Assembly (NCBI GenBank): GCA_963797095.1
Contig: CAWCNY010000008.1
Location: 32,001 to 96,000, forward strand
DNA from: an uncultured Chloroflexia bacterium
GTDB lineage: Bacteria; Chloroflexota; Chloroflexia; QHBQ01; JADMIH01
Direction: 5' to 3'
Length of the DNA stretch: 64,000 bases
The position numbers and the translations under genes are program-made. The notes beneath the pieces were generated by a model that worked only from the letters and a program-made list of their open reading frames with translations, was not told the DNA's origin and did no database searches. Positions 19,410 through 30,500 of the stretch are shown here, in pieces (positions within the stretch are counted from its first letter, which is position 1; each line of letters starts with the position of its first letter).

Positions 19410-19853
19410 ATGGCATTCACACCTGTGCCCGATCCGGTCACGGCTGCTCCTAATGAGCAGCATGTACTCGGAATGCTCGACGATGTCTTGCAGGCAGAGC
19501 AGCCCAGCGTTCCAAAGTTGCTTGGTCCGAACGGAGAGGAGATCGAACTTCCAGCATCGCTTCTCTATTTGTTGAAGCAAATGGTTCATGATATGTCCCA
19601 GGGCCGTGCTGTCATGCTTGTATCTCGCGATCAAATGCTCACCACTCAGCAAGCAGCAGATATACTCAACGTTTCGCGTCCATTTCTGGTAAAGCTTCTG
19701 GAAGAGCAGCGGATTCCCTTTATCAAGACCGGTAAACATCGCCGGATCACTTTCGAAGACCTGATGGTATACAAACACAAGCGCGATGCTCAACGCCGTC
19801 AAGGGTTGGCCGAGCTAACCCGGCTGGGCGAAGATATGGGCGACTACGATTAA
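19410..19853 (+). CDS. Excisionase-type HTH protein (antitoxin of an HTH-PIN pair)
   Basis: 'LTTQQAADILNVSRPFLVKLLE...GKHRRI'; RBS AGGAGG. Confidence 0.85.
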   Translation: MAFTPVPDPVTAAPNEQHVLGMLDDVLQAEQPSVPKLLGPNGEEIELPASLLYLLKQMVHDMSQGRAVMLVSRDQMLTTQQAADILNVSRPFLVKLLEEQRIPFIKTGKHRRITFEDLMVYKHKRDAQRRQGLAELTRLGEDMGDYD

Positions 19854-19897
19854 TCCGACCTGAGCGATAAACGTAACTAACACGACAAATGTAATCA

Positions 19898-20485
19898 ATG
19901 TCTTCCTTTGGGGTTGTGCTCGATGCAAATATCCTCTTCTCGGCCCCGTTGCGCGACACTCTCTTGCGTGCCGCCGACGCGGGCCTCTTTCGCTTGCATT
20001 GGACAGACCAGATCCTTGAGGAAGTCCGCCGCAACCTGATCGAAACCGGACGCTCAACCAAGCAGAAGGCTGATCGCCTGGTGACCACCATGCAGACATA
20101 TTTCCCGGAGGCCAACGTGACGGGGTACGAGCCAATCCTTCCTGCTATGACGAACGATCCCAAGGATCGACACGTACTGGCAGCAGCAGTAATTTCCAGG
20201 TGTCAGGTGATAGTCACCCACAACCTTCGTGATTTTCCTGAAGCCGCCCTCTCTGCATTCAAAATAGAGGTCCAATCCCCGGACCGCTTCCTCACCTACC
20301 TCTTCGACCTTGCCCCGGATATAATGACTCAGATCGTCAAGGATCAAGCTGCCGATCTCCACACCCGACCCCAGACCGTGGACCGCGTCCTCGATAGCCT
20401 CGCCAGGCATGCACCGGAGTTTGCAGATCTTGCCCGAGAGCATCTCTCCCTGGCTTCAACGACGAGTATTGTTTCCCACTGTTGA
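19898..20485 (+). CDS. PIN-domain toxin
   Basis: 'VVLDANIL...LRDTLL', 'DPKDRHVLAAA', 'IVTHNLRDFP'. Confidence 0.88.
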   Translation: MSSFGVVLDANILFSAPLRDTLLRAADAGLFRLHWTDQILEEVRRNLIETGRSTKQKADRLVTTMQTYFPEANVTGYEPILPAMTNDPKDRHVLAAAVISRCQVIVTHNLRDFPEAALSAFKIEVQSPDRFLTYLFDLAPDIMTQIVKDQAADLHTRPQTVDRVLDSLARHAPEFADLAREHLSLASTTSIVSHC

Positions 20486-20559
20486 GGGCCTTACACGAAC
20501 AAGGGTTTCATGTGCCACAAGATATTGCCGTCGTAGGCACGGACAACCTCGATTTTGGG

Positions 20560-20726
20560 CAGATCACAGGCCGAGTCTGACCACCGTCAGCTATGATATC
20601 CAGGCTATTGGCGCGCGAGTTATCGACTTGATCGATGCTCTTCTGCGCTCACGTGATGAAGTTTCGACTGCTCTGCCGTTCCCGCCCTTGCCATCGCCAA
20701 CGCTTATTGTGCGCGAGTCCACTTAA
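20560..20726 (+). pseudogene. C-terminal remnant of a LacI-family regulator
   Basis: 'RPSLTTVSYD...IG...PTLIVREST*' is the canonical LacI-family ending. Confidence 0.65.
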
Positions 20727-21009
20727 TCGGTCAGTGGGGCCGTGGCCTACTGCGGAGAGAAGTGAACACATAGGAACCTACCAGGCTAGTGCAAGACCAA
20801 AGGTACTGGCCTCGGACATATAAATAGGGTGCCCTATAGACACTTTCGAGGTGCCCAACCGGTCGGTTCGCCGGGAACCTGATTTTGGTCATGGCCAACT
20901 CCTTTCGGTCTCTATTCTTTTGCTTCATGTGGAGAGGCCGGGGTAAGGCTACCTGCCCTATCCCGGCCTGCGGCTTGTTGTCGCTTCTACATAGCAACGG
21001 CTGTGTTCT

Positions 21010-21561
21010 CTAGTATCTGCCCGAGAGGATCTGCTGGACGCGCTCCTGCTCATGGGGGGTGAGGTTGGTGCGGATGATCTTGCCGCCTGTGCCACGGAAG
21101 TAGCTCGCTACCTTTTCGGGATCGTGGCTCTCGACCAGTGCGAAGATGGCAGACTGGCCCCGCTTTATCGTCTCGGATACCTCATCTACAAAGTCTTCCG
21201 ATAGACCGTAATCCGCTTTGTCCATGTCGGCCACCGCGGCGCCGGTCGCCCCTCCGAGAGCCGCCCCACTGACTGCACCTGCCGCCACCGCTCCGGCTGC
21301 TGTTGCTGCGCTCAAACCTCCGGTGAATGGGGCCAGAGCCAGCCCGCCCAGGACCGTGCCTAGCAGCACACCCCAGCCCGCACCCGCCAGGGTGGTCGGC
21401 TTGTAGCTATCCTGGATGTGCAGTTTGCCGTCCCCGTCCCTCGCCACCGCTACCGCGTCGTGGATGTCCACGATCCAATCGTAGCTGAGATTGCGTAGGG
21501 TTTCCATGTTCTCCTTGGCGCTATGCTCGTTCTTGTATGTCACGACGATCAGGTCTTCCAT
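21010..21561 (-). CDS. DUF1269-family membrane protein
   Basis: 'DLIVVTY...DAVAVARD..GK', Gly/Ala-rich glycine zipper, 'SAIFALV', 'IIRTNL'. Confidence 0.85.
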   Translation of the reverse strand: MEDLIVVTYKNEHSAKENMETLRNLSYDWIVDIHDAVAVARDGDGKLHIQDSYKPTTLAGAGWGVLLGTVLGGLALAPFTGGLSAATAAGAVAAGAVSGAALGGATGAAVADMDKADYGLSEDFVDEVSETIKRGQSAIFALVESHDPEKVASYFRGTGGKIIRTNLTPHEQERVQQILSGRY

Positions 21562-21693
21562 TCTCTTTGCCTCCTATCTGCTTGTCTGGTCTTGTCTCTT
21601 CTGCTTGTCTTGTCTCTTGTGCCGCACGTGGGCCGGTTCACGAGTGCCCCACGTGCGGCTTTCACGGGTGTGATTGTTTTGCGGGCCCGCCGA

Positions 21694-22263
21694 TCACCGG
21701 GCAGCGGACGCGGCGCTTTGCAGCGTCTTGCCAAAGCTCCTGACGCGGAAGGCCAGGACGACGGTGGCGATGCCGAATACGACTGCGTAGCTGGCGATCA
21801 GCCAGAGGATACTCAGCGCGCCGGCCCCTGGGAAGACGAACACCAGCACTCCAAAGATCACCGAGAGGAGGCCAGTGAAGATCAGCATCCACTCGTCGCT
21901 GATTACCTTGCGCAGCTCGATTGCAGCTACGATCTCGAAGATGCCTGTCACGATAGCCCACGCCCCGATGAAGTAGAGCAGGACCTCGGCTGTTATATTG
22001 GGGTAGAAGAAGGTGATGAGGCCCACGATGACGCCGGCTATACCTCCGAGCACCAGCGACCAGCGCGAGCCGCCGGTCAAACCCCACCCCGATATACCCG
22101 TGGCGATGGCGAAGATGCCATCCACCAGGGCGTAAGCTCCGAAGAGCAGCACCAGAGCTGCCAGCGTCGTACCGGGCCAGACGAAGGCCACCAGGCCAAA
22201 GAGGATTGCCGCCACGCCGCGCAAAGCTACCATCCACCAGTTTCGAGTAAGAATCTCTGCCAT
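21694..22263 (-). CDS. HdeD/DUF308-family membrane protein
   Basis: 'NWWMVALRGVAAILFG...WPG', six hydrophobic helices; RBS AAGGAG. Confidence 0.88.
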   Translation of the reverse strand: MAEILTRNWWMVALRGVAAILFGLVAFVWPGTTLAALVLLFGAYALVDGIFAIATGISGWGLTGGSRWSLVLGGIAGVIVGLITFFYPNITAEVLLYFIGAWAIVTGIFEIVAAIELRKVISDEWMLIFTGLLSVIFGVLVFVFPGAGALSILWLIASYAVVFGIATVVLAFRVRSFGKTLQSAASAAR

Positions 22264-22423
22264 TTTGATTGTGCTCCTTTCCGTAGATTTCGTACGGTCC
22301 TGTAAGTTGTTCTGGGAACTTTGTGTTAGATTTTTCCCAGCCTTTCTGTATCCGCCCATTGTTGGTGGGCACCTGCCGCCTTTCTATCGGTTTTGCTCGC
22401 CTCCGCTTGACGGTTCTGTGTTG

Positions 22424-22467
22424 AGTATAGGAGAGGAAGATCCGCAGTTCATGACCCAAGAGTGCCA
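22424..22467 (-). promoter_or_regulatory. Regulon promoter 1 (hdeD-like/DUF1269 operon)
   Basis: Sense strand TGGCACTCTTGGGTCATGA; ATGAAC-17 bp-TATACT. Confidence 0.75.
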
Positions 22468-22572
22468 AAAAGCGACTTTGTGGGGCTCATGAGCGATGGC
22501 GAAAAAGTATCAGTAGAACGCAGCCAGGGCACTAACACTTTTCGCCGGTTGGCTTGCCGGAGCCAGGCGGCG

Positions 22573-22974
22573 TCACGCCTCGGCGGCAAGCCAGACAACC
22601 ACTCGCCAGTTGCTACGCCCCGCCATCCTGTCGAGGAGCGGCTGAATTCGAGGCTCGTGCTTGCCTGTCAGGGCGTGATAGCGCGCATCTACCTCCGCTA
22701 ACTCGGCTGGATTAAGCCAGGTGGGATGCTGGGGGTGCTCTGTGGCTGCCGCCACCTGCACCGCCCGCGACAGATTGGGGGGCAGCCCGCGCTCAGGCGC
22801 GACCGGTAGTTCAGTATTCGTTGCGCCTGTTCCCATAAGCAACGCTAACAGTACGGGCTCCGGTAACAGTACGAGCTCATCGTGGGCGTATAGGGATTCG
22901 ACGTAGAGATAGTGAGCGCCTGAGTTTTCTTCTTCAACATACACGTGGATCTCATAAGAATGAGCGCTAAGCAT
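22573..22974 (-). CDS. Hypothetical protein
   Basis: 133-aa ORF downstream of a regulon promoter; 'RGLP', 'HPTWL..EL', 'RVVVW' pattern. Confidence 0.6.
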   Translation of the reverse strand: MLSAHSYEIHVYVEEENSGAHYLYVESLYAHDELVLLPEPVLLALLMGTGATNTELPVAPERGLPPNLSRAVQVAAATEHPQHPTWLNPAELAEVDARYHALTGKHEPRIQPLLDRMAGRSNWRVVVWLAAEA

Positions 22975-23045
22975 AGCAACAACCTCTCAGGGACGACGGT
23001 AATACGACAAATGGTTTCGAAATTGCATATTGTCTTTCTATTGGG

Positions 23046-23091
23046 AGTATATAGGAGGAGACGTTGCAAGGGTCATGACCCAGGAGTGCTA
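23046..23091 (-). promoter_or_regulatory. Regulon promoter 2
   Basis: Sense TAGCACTCCTGGGTCATGA; ATGACC-17 bp-TATATA(CT). Confidence 0.65.
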
Positions 23092-23119
23092 ATGTTGGAA
23101 AGGAGTCGGCGGCGCAGCT

Positions 23120-23163
23120 TGGCACTTTTGGGCCATTACACGGGGCATAAGAGCGCATACAAT
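23120..23163 (+). promoter_or_regulatory. Regulon promoter 3 (P450)
   Basis: TGGCACTTTTGGGCCATTA; ATTACA-17 bp-TACAAT. Confidence 0.7.
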
Positions 23164-23499
23164 CTGTAGAGGAAGGGTCCGGACGGGACGCAAATCTGGT
23201 TGAGAAAAGCAGGCATTCTGACAATGGCATATGAACATCTACCGGCACCTTGCTCTGCACCTCCGTGAGTTCCATGAGAGGCGCGCAACACAGCCGGTAT
23301 GGCACGATGAGAAAACGGCAACCTGGCACATCTACCGGTATTCCGATGTGGAGCGCGTGCTGACCGACGCTGGGCATTTCGGAGAGGCACGCTTCTCCGG
23401 TTCCTATTTCTCGGCTCTCCCAACCGTCTCTCAGTCGCCAATGGACGCACAACGACACGCGGTCGTCCTCAGCCTAGATCTTGTCAGACCCTTCCTTAG

Positions 23500-24975
23500 C
23501 TCGACTTTGTACATTACCAACTCAATAGCAAACCGCGTAGGCCAGTCTCTCCACGTGTGAGCGTGGGACTAAACAGACATCAGGGTCTGTGGGGGCTGTC
23601 TGAAAAGTGAAGTTGCCCCACAAGTGCCGTCTGACTTGTGCCAGCACGTCCGAGAAGGTAGCCTCCCTCTTTTGGTACCAGGCAGTGCGCTGCACAGGCA
23701 CTTTTCCGTCTGGGTGTAGAGCCTTTCCAAACAGAGCCACCAGGCTGAACATGCCAAGCAAGCAGGGTGTGCTACGCTCAATCGCCAGGTCTGACCATTG
23801 TCGCTGGGTTTCCACTCCCAGGTGTGCTCGGCTCTCCTCAAACGTCACCTCGATAGTCCACCGCTTGATGAACCGGCTCACCACCTCCACTGCCTGCAAG
23901 CTCTGGTCAGTGCACAAGTAGGCTCGCGGTTCTCTGTTGCCTTGAGGGTCACGGGTGAGCACCCACCTGATTGGCAACACCGCAGAGCCAATCCGATACC
24001 ATACGCACGTGCCGCTTGCCACTTCAAGTTCTTGCTCCGATCCGTCATACCACCTTACCTTTATCTTCACCCACTCCGTGTTGGGGTCTGAGAGTACCTG
24101 GCTCAGTTTGGGCAAGGCTGCTCCTTTCACTCTCGGCCTGTCCATTGTGCCCGGTTTGCGAGGTGGCGCAGGTTCATACAAGGCGCATTCCCAACGCATT
24201 GGCGCTACAAGCGTGATCTGGTGCTTGACACAGCACAACCCCAATTCCAAGATCGAATAGGCAGTGTCGCCAACCAACGAAACAGATATGTCTGGTAGCC
24301 AGCGCCTTACCATCATCACCATCTGCTGGGCTATCTCTCCTACCGTCTTGTGCGCCTTACCCAATTGCTCACTTACTTTAGGTGTGGTGGCCAGCACTGA
24401 GAAGAAAGGAAGCGCCCATGCCCTGCTTGACCAGGGTACTTGCACTACCAGCATCATTACCACCCAACGCAACCCACTTGTACTGACCGACTGCTCTTTG
24501 CTCGATTGCACCGAGTCTCGGTAATGGCCGCGCTTGGAGATTTTGCGGCCCCATCTTCTTTCCAGCGTCTCGTCAATAGCAATCTCGACGGTTGCACCTG
24601 CCGCAACAAACGTATTGACCAGCAATTGGAGAAGGAGCCGGCTCAACATTAGGCAAGACCAGCTTGCACGGTTGAGCACCTGATGAAACAGGGTAAAGTC
24701 CTCACCATGTTGCAAGCCCATCTGCTTGAGGGCTGCCGTCACGGTCCGACGGCCTCTTGCCAGGATTGTGCCAACCACCAGCACGAGCGCTTTGTCCCAG
24801 GTTGGACGGGTGAAAGCTGGCCTGAAATGGAGCAGCACCTGTATAATCGGGTTGGGTAGGGACATCGCTTCTCTCCTTGTCGCAGATGGTGTTGTGGTAG
24901 ACTTCCATCTTACAACAAAGGGTCTGCGGGTCCCTTTACCCGTTTTCACCTCCTTTCATTTTGTACAAAGTCGAG
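23500..24975 (-). mobile_element. IS701-family insertion sequence
   Basis: 14-bp IRs CTCGACTTTGTACA / TGTACAAAGTCGAG; 5-bp TSD CTTAG (23495-99, 24976-80). Confidence 0.88.
23522..24865 (-). CDS. IS701-family DDE transposase
   Basis: 'IAIDETLERR', 'VGDTAY', 'RWTIEVTFEE...LGVET'; likely start MSLPNP. Confidence 0.88.
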   Translation of the reverse strand: MSLPNPIIQVLLHFRPAFTRPTWDKALVLVVGTILARGRRTVTAALKQMGLQHGEDFTLFHQVLNRASWSCLMLSRLLLQLLVNTFVAAGATVEIAIDETLERRWGRKISKRGHYRDSVQSSKEQSVSTSGLRWVVMMLVVQVPWSSRAWALPFFSVLATTPKVSEQLGKAHKTVGEIAQQMVMMVRRWLPDISVSLVGDTAYSILELGLCCVKHQITLVAPMRWECALYEPAPPRKPGTMDRPRVKGAALPKLSQVLSDPNTEWVKIKVRWYDGSEQELEVASGTCVWYRIGSAVLPIRWVLTRDPQGNREPRAYLCTDQSLQAVEVVSRFIKRWTIEVTFEESRAHLGVETQRQWSDLAIERSTPCLLGMFSLVALFGKALHPDGKVPVQRTAWYQKREATFSDVLAQVRRHLWGNFTFQTAPTDPDVCLVPRSHVERLAYAVCY

Positions 24976-25862
24976 CTTAGCGAGACACTCTCTCCACGAG
25001 CCATCTTGCAGATGCAGCCACTCGTTGAACGCACTGCAGGTGAGCTGCTCGATCCTCTACTCTCCGCTGGCAAGATGGAGGTCATGAGCGACCTGGCTCG
25101 GCCTCTTGCAGCGTCGGTAGTTGCTGAGTTAGTAAGGGTTCCCCTCGAAGGCAGGGGCCGTAAGGAGTTAAGCATCAGCAGACTACGATCCGTCGAGAGC
25201 GGCGGCCAGCGCCTTACCGGCGATGAGGTAGCCGCCTCGTCTCACTTCTTCATGACAACCGCGCGCCGAACACTCTCGGACATGCTCGGCAACACGCTGC
25301 TCCTTCTCAGCCTGTATCCCGACGTGCTGAAGCGTCTACATCACCAGCCTGCGCCCTTGTACAGCACGGTCGAAGAGGCGATGCGCTACGTGCCTCCTGT
25401 ATGGGCTGCTCAACGCACGGCCATCGCCCCGGTGGCTCTGGGTGGGCAGAATCTGCCTCAGGGAGCACACGTACGCGCCTGGGTTGTCTCGGCTAACCAC
25501 GATCCGGAGCAGTTCGTCCAGCCGGAACGCTTCGACATAGAGCGCGTCCCCAATCGCCGCCTCAGCTTCTGGGACGGTGGCCCTTTCTCCTGCCTGGGCG
25601 TGGGTCCGGTGCGGCTGGCGGCGCGCGTAACCCTGGCTGCCATCGTCAAACGCGTCTCCCGCTTCGAGCTCGCACCTGGAGACGCGGTAGAGGTCGCCAC
25701 GCCACGCGAACCAGAACCAGCTGAGCCGCAAGAAGCGCTGACCCAGCCTGAAATGGAACAGCAAATGCAGCCCTGTACGACCTTGCCTGACCGGTGCAGC
25801 CTCACCAGGCTGGCTGTTGTGTTTGAAGCACGCGATTGAGCAAGAGATATGCTGACCAAATA

Positions 25863-25897
25863 GCCCTCAGCCCTCAGCCCTCAGCCCTCAGCCCTCA
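25863..25897. repeat. Heptamer tandem repeat (GCCCTCA)5
   Basis: Read directly; forms one arm of a hairpin with GGCTGAGGGC(TA). Confidence 0.9.
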
Positions 25898-25923
25898 GCC
25901 GTCGACTGCTACCGGCTGAGGGC

Positions 25924-27375
25924 CGTGTCAACTCAAATGAAAATGTTACCGAGAGAGCCTTAGAAAGCACGGTTCACTCAAATGAAAATGTTACTGAGCT
26001 CGGCCCTCCTCCTTTTTCATGTTTCATGGTGCTTTCATGCTGCTGGTTCTGATCTCGGTAACTTCGGTAACCGCTGTTGTTCTTGCTCTTGCCACAGCCA
26101 TAACTGGGATAACCTCTTGTAGATTTCCTGGCGTAGCTGCCGAGGATTGGTCTGCGTGTACAACAGCTCCAATCTCGCCTGCCCCTCAGCGCTCAACGCC
26201 CCGCACTCTTTCAGCCGCTGGTATGGGGTGCGTGCTTGGTCCAACTTGCGCCTCATTTTGCCTTTCGCTAGCCGATACTGCTTCTCTGATAGATGTAGCA
26301 CCGGCTGGAACAGGTTGTAGTACACCCACATCAACTCGTACAACTCGTTGAGGGAGGCCAAGTGCTGGGCAGTGTCCAGCCTGCCATTGCCCAGGTATGC
26401 CCTCACCAGCGTGTCGTTCTTCTGCTCCACCCACCTGTTGTCGTTCTTGTGGTATGGTCGTGACCTGGATAGACGTAGCCCTGTAAGGTCCTCTCCCCAG
26501 AAGCGTACCATCGCGTCATTGAAGAACTCAGGTCCGTTGTCGGGGTGTAGCTCCTTAGGTGTAGCTCCTTAATGGTGAACGGCACCCTCTCCTGTACGCG
26601 TCGAAACCCCGCCTGCATAGCAATCTGTCCCCTCCCAAGCACCGCCACTCGCTCACTCCACCCTGTGAGAGCGTCCACCATCTGCAAGGTGTGCACGTAC
26701 TCTCCCTGCGTGCTCTCTCCACAGTGATGCACCAGGTCCACCTCGAAGTGCCCAGCCTCCTGTATGTCCCACGGTATTCGACCCATTGGCACTCCTCTGG
26801 TGGCTGAGTTGGCGCGATTGGCGGCTTGCGGTCCTCGCCTGGGCAGAGGGGAGTGGCGGCGACCAAGCCGCGCCAGCTTGGTGAGCGTGCGCTGCACCGT
26901 AGCTCGGCTCACATTGGCAAGTTGCCCCTCCAATTGAGGGGTGAGCACTACCCCCACCCGCTCAAGCTCCCCGAACTGCGCAAGGTGGCGAGCTGTGCAG
27001 AGCAACTGGGGAGTGAGCCGCTCGGCACATACGTAGTCGAGGCTCTCCCACGCCACTTCTACCACAGCTTGCACCGCCTTGCCATAAGTAGGTGGACGTT
27101 TTGCCTGGGGTTTCTTGCGTTCGAGTGCTCCTGTGTGAGCAGAGCGCATCAAGCGGTTGAGGCTCTTGCGGTGCATGCCTGTGACCGCTTCCATCTCTGT
27201 CAGCAGGACACTCCTGCCCTCCTTGTCAGCTTGTGAGTATCTGGGCCACATCTTCTTCAGGTACTTGCGTCTCTCATTCAGCGTCATTGCGTCTTCGGCC
27301 ATACAGCTCCCTCGGTAACATTTTCATTTGAGTGAACTGTAGCACCTTCGGTAACATTTTATCTGAGTGTATACG
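25924..27375 (-). mobile_element. IS481-like/ISNCY insertion sequence
   Basis: Ends CGT...ACG with two CTCA(A/G)AT(G)AAAATGTTAC boxes at each end; 6-bp TSD GAGGGC (25918-23, 27376-81). Confidence 0.85.
26035..27302 (-). pseudogene. DDE (rve-type) transposase frameshifted by a 14-bp tandem duplication
   Basis: 'EVDLVHHCG', 'VDALTGW', 'SRPYHKNDNRWVEQKN'; GGTGTAGCTCCTTA is duplicated (26544-57, 26558-71) and removing one copy restores 'KELHPDNGPEF'. Confidence 0.88.
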
Positions 27376-27519
27376 GAGGGCTACCAATAAAGCCGTGCAA
27401 GTGCTATAATCTATAATCAACGCGTATTAATTTCCGGGCCGAAACTAATCTGCTTCTTATGTTTGCGGATTAGACCGGAACGTTTGGTCGCACCAATTTG
27501 CTAGCACAGGGCACCGGCT

Positions 27520-30500
27520 ATGGCTACACCAACGCAGGCAGTAGACCAGTTGCTGGCTACCAAGTTCTTTGTGCCCGTTGCGTCCCAGCCTCTGGTAGCC
27601 CGCACCAGGCTGACTGCTCTACTCAATGAAGGTCTGCACCGCAGGCTCACCCTGGTGTGCGCTCCCACCGGGTTCGGGAAGAGTACGCTCCTTGCCGAAT
27701 GGGTGCGCTCCCTCCCCCCTCCTCCTGACGGCCCCTTTGTGGCCTGGGTCTCTCTCGACGAAGACGACGACAACCCCGCCCGCTTCGGGGACTACATTAT
27801 CTCCGCCCTGGACAGGTCCTTCCCAGGAGTGGGGTCCCGGGCGCTGCAATATCTGCACGCTCCCGAAGGCCGCAACACCAGAACAGGGCTGATCGCCCTC
27901 ATCAACGGCCTGGCAGGCTCCGGCGCAGAGCACCTTCTGGTGCTGGACGATTACCACTACGCAACCGACCCTGAGATCCACAGCGCTCTCGCCTATGTGC
28001 TGGACCACCTCCCTCCAAACGTGCACATCGTCATATCAACCCGCTCGGAGCCTCCCCCTTCCCTGCCTCTGTCCCGGTGGCGCGCACGAGGAGAGCTGGT
28101 GGAGGTGCATACCGACGACCTGCGGACTACTGTTGACGAGGGGATTCGTTTCCTCCGGTATACGGCCGGGGTCGAGCTTCCCGACGCTGAGTCCCAGGAG
28201 CTGATCCAGCGAACGGAAGGGTGGCTTGTGGGTCTGCAACTGCTTGCGCTGTCGGTGCGAGGGAGCTCAGAACCGGTTAGTGTGCTGGAAGAATTGAGCG
28301 GCACCCAGGAATACATCGTCGATTACCTCACCGAGGAAGTGCTGCGCAGGCAGCCGCAAGAGGTGCAGACCTTCTTATTGTCGACTTCAATCCTCAATGA
28401 GCTGAACGCATCCCTGTGTGATGCAGTAATGGGCTACGAGCAAAGCGAGGGGCATGAGGACGATAGTTCGCCTTCGGCTCATCGAATGGGACAGCGGGGG
28501 GCTGGCGAAGGACGAGAGTTCGCAAGCTCATCGGAGGCGGGCTCCGGAAGCCGGAAGTGGGAAGACAGCCAGGCGATACTGCGCTACCTGGAGCGGTCCA
28601 ATCTCTTCCTGGTGCGGCTCGACGCCCAGCGGCAGTGGTACAGATACCATCACCTCTTCGCTGAAGCGCTGCGCTACCAGCTTGAGCACAGAAATGCCGG
28701 ATCTGACGAGCCTGGCACGGCATCAGCGGCCCCGATACCCCTCCTCTACCGGCGGGCAAGCACCTGGTATGCGGCGCGCGGACGAAACAGAGAGGCTGTG
28801 GATTACGCGCTCCTGGCGAGCGATTGGGGCCTGGCGGTGGATTTGATCCAGGCCCAATTGGGCGAAATAACCATGCGAATGCCAGCCGAAATGCCGACCT
28901 TGCGGCGCTGGTTTGCGCGTCTGCCGGAAGCGGTGCTGCATGCCCAACCGCGCCTCTGTATCGCCTATGTGAACGCACTCTTCTGGACCGGCCAGACCTG
29001 GCAAGCATTCCCCTGGCTGGACGCTGCGGAAACGGCGCTCCGAAAGCCTCCCGGCGGTGATATGCCGGCGGGAACGGAGCCTGAATTGGGCGACGAACCA
29101 CGAAGTGGGTACCCAGAACCGGAGCGCGAGAGGATGCTCGGCGATGCTATAGCCAAGCGCGCTTTCACCTTTGCTGCCTTTGAGGAGGACGCGGAGCGTG
29201 CCCTCGCGCTGTGCGACGAAGCGTGCTCGCACCTGGCCGGGGAGGACCACAACGAGCTGAGCATTGTCGCCTGGGCACGCGAGCTCGCTCATATCTCTCT
29301 GGGTCGTGCCACTGACGCGCGAGCCAACGCGTTGGGGAAGGCCGGCCACAGACGTAGTGCAGGGTTCATCTATCTGTATATTGCTGCCTTAGCTGATGTC
29401 GCCGCCTTGTTCCAGGTAGAGGGAAAGCTGCACGCGGCGGAGCAGACATTCGCGCAGGCAATCGCCCTGGGCAATCCGGAAGACCGTCCCGCATATTCCT
29501 CCGCCGCTTTCGCTTACATCTTCGAGGCCGAGTTGTTGCGCGAATGGAACCGGTTGGACGAGGCGTTGGTGGCGGCGAGCAAGGGGCTGCAGATCGCCGG
29601 GGACATGTGGGCCCCAGTGCTGCGTCGCAGCGGCACCTACGAGGTGCTGGTGCGCCTGCACCTGTCGCGGGGCGAATTGGACGAGGCGTTGCATGCCCTG
29701 GAGGGGGCCAACCTCACCCCTGAGCTTGCTCGCGAGGAAGGAGACCCACAGCCCGTTACCGGCATGCAACCGGCGGGGACAGCGCACGATCCCACAGGAC
29801 CACGGGGAGCACAGGGGGAAGGGTTACAAGAACGGTACATGCACCCGTGGTGTGCCGACGCCGAGAGGGTGCGGCTGTGGCTGGCGCGCGGGGAGGTGGA
29901 TCGCGCGGTGCGGTGGGCAGAGCAATTAGTAAGGCAAAGGCAGGTGGACCTCAGCGCCTATGGCAGGCCCTATCCGGCCCAGTACAGGCGCGACTGTGAA
30001 GACGTAGCACGCGCACGCGTCGCGCTCGGCCTCTCCAGGCTCGACGAAGCGCTTGAGATGCTAGAGCCTGTGGCTGTACGTGCCGAGGAGGGAGGCCGCC
30101 GGAGCCATCTGATAGAGATTAAGCTGCTCCAGGCGTTGGCTCACAGCATGCGCTCTCAAAAAGGTGAGAAGGGTGAGGAGGAGAAGGCACTCACGCTTCT
30201 GGAGGAGGCAGTGCGGCTGGGCGAGGCGGAGGGTTTCATACGGAGCTTCGTGGACGAGGGTCCTCGCCTGGCCGCCCTGCTCTCTCGGCTTCGTGCCCGC
30301 GAGCGACACTCTCAGGTCTCGACACCTGGTGCTGGAACGATGGAGTACCTGGACGTACTACTGGCCGCCTTTGAGGGGGATGGACCGGCATCGCTTACTT
30401 CTAAGTCCAAGCGCACGCCGGTAGCGGTCAAGCTAAGAGGCCCAGGCGCGGGGGGGGCGGGCATAGCCGACCGGGTTCTGGTCGAGCCTTTGAGCGAGCG

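Larger units (their letters stand above)
23231..25839 (+). pseudogene. Atypical cytochrome P450, interrupted by an IS701-type element
   Basis: 5' part 'WHIYRYSDVERVL'; removing the IS and one CTTAG restores in-frame DLVRPFLSETLSPRA; EEAMR, SANHDPEQF, PERFD and 'SFWDGGPFSCLG' present. Confidence 0.85.

Noticed and set aside
1-20726. Integron cassette array
   Set aside because: Genes lie on both strands, I saw no recurring attC-like repeat between them, and the integrase lacks IntI-like features.
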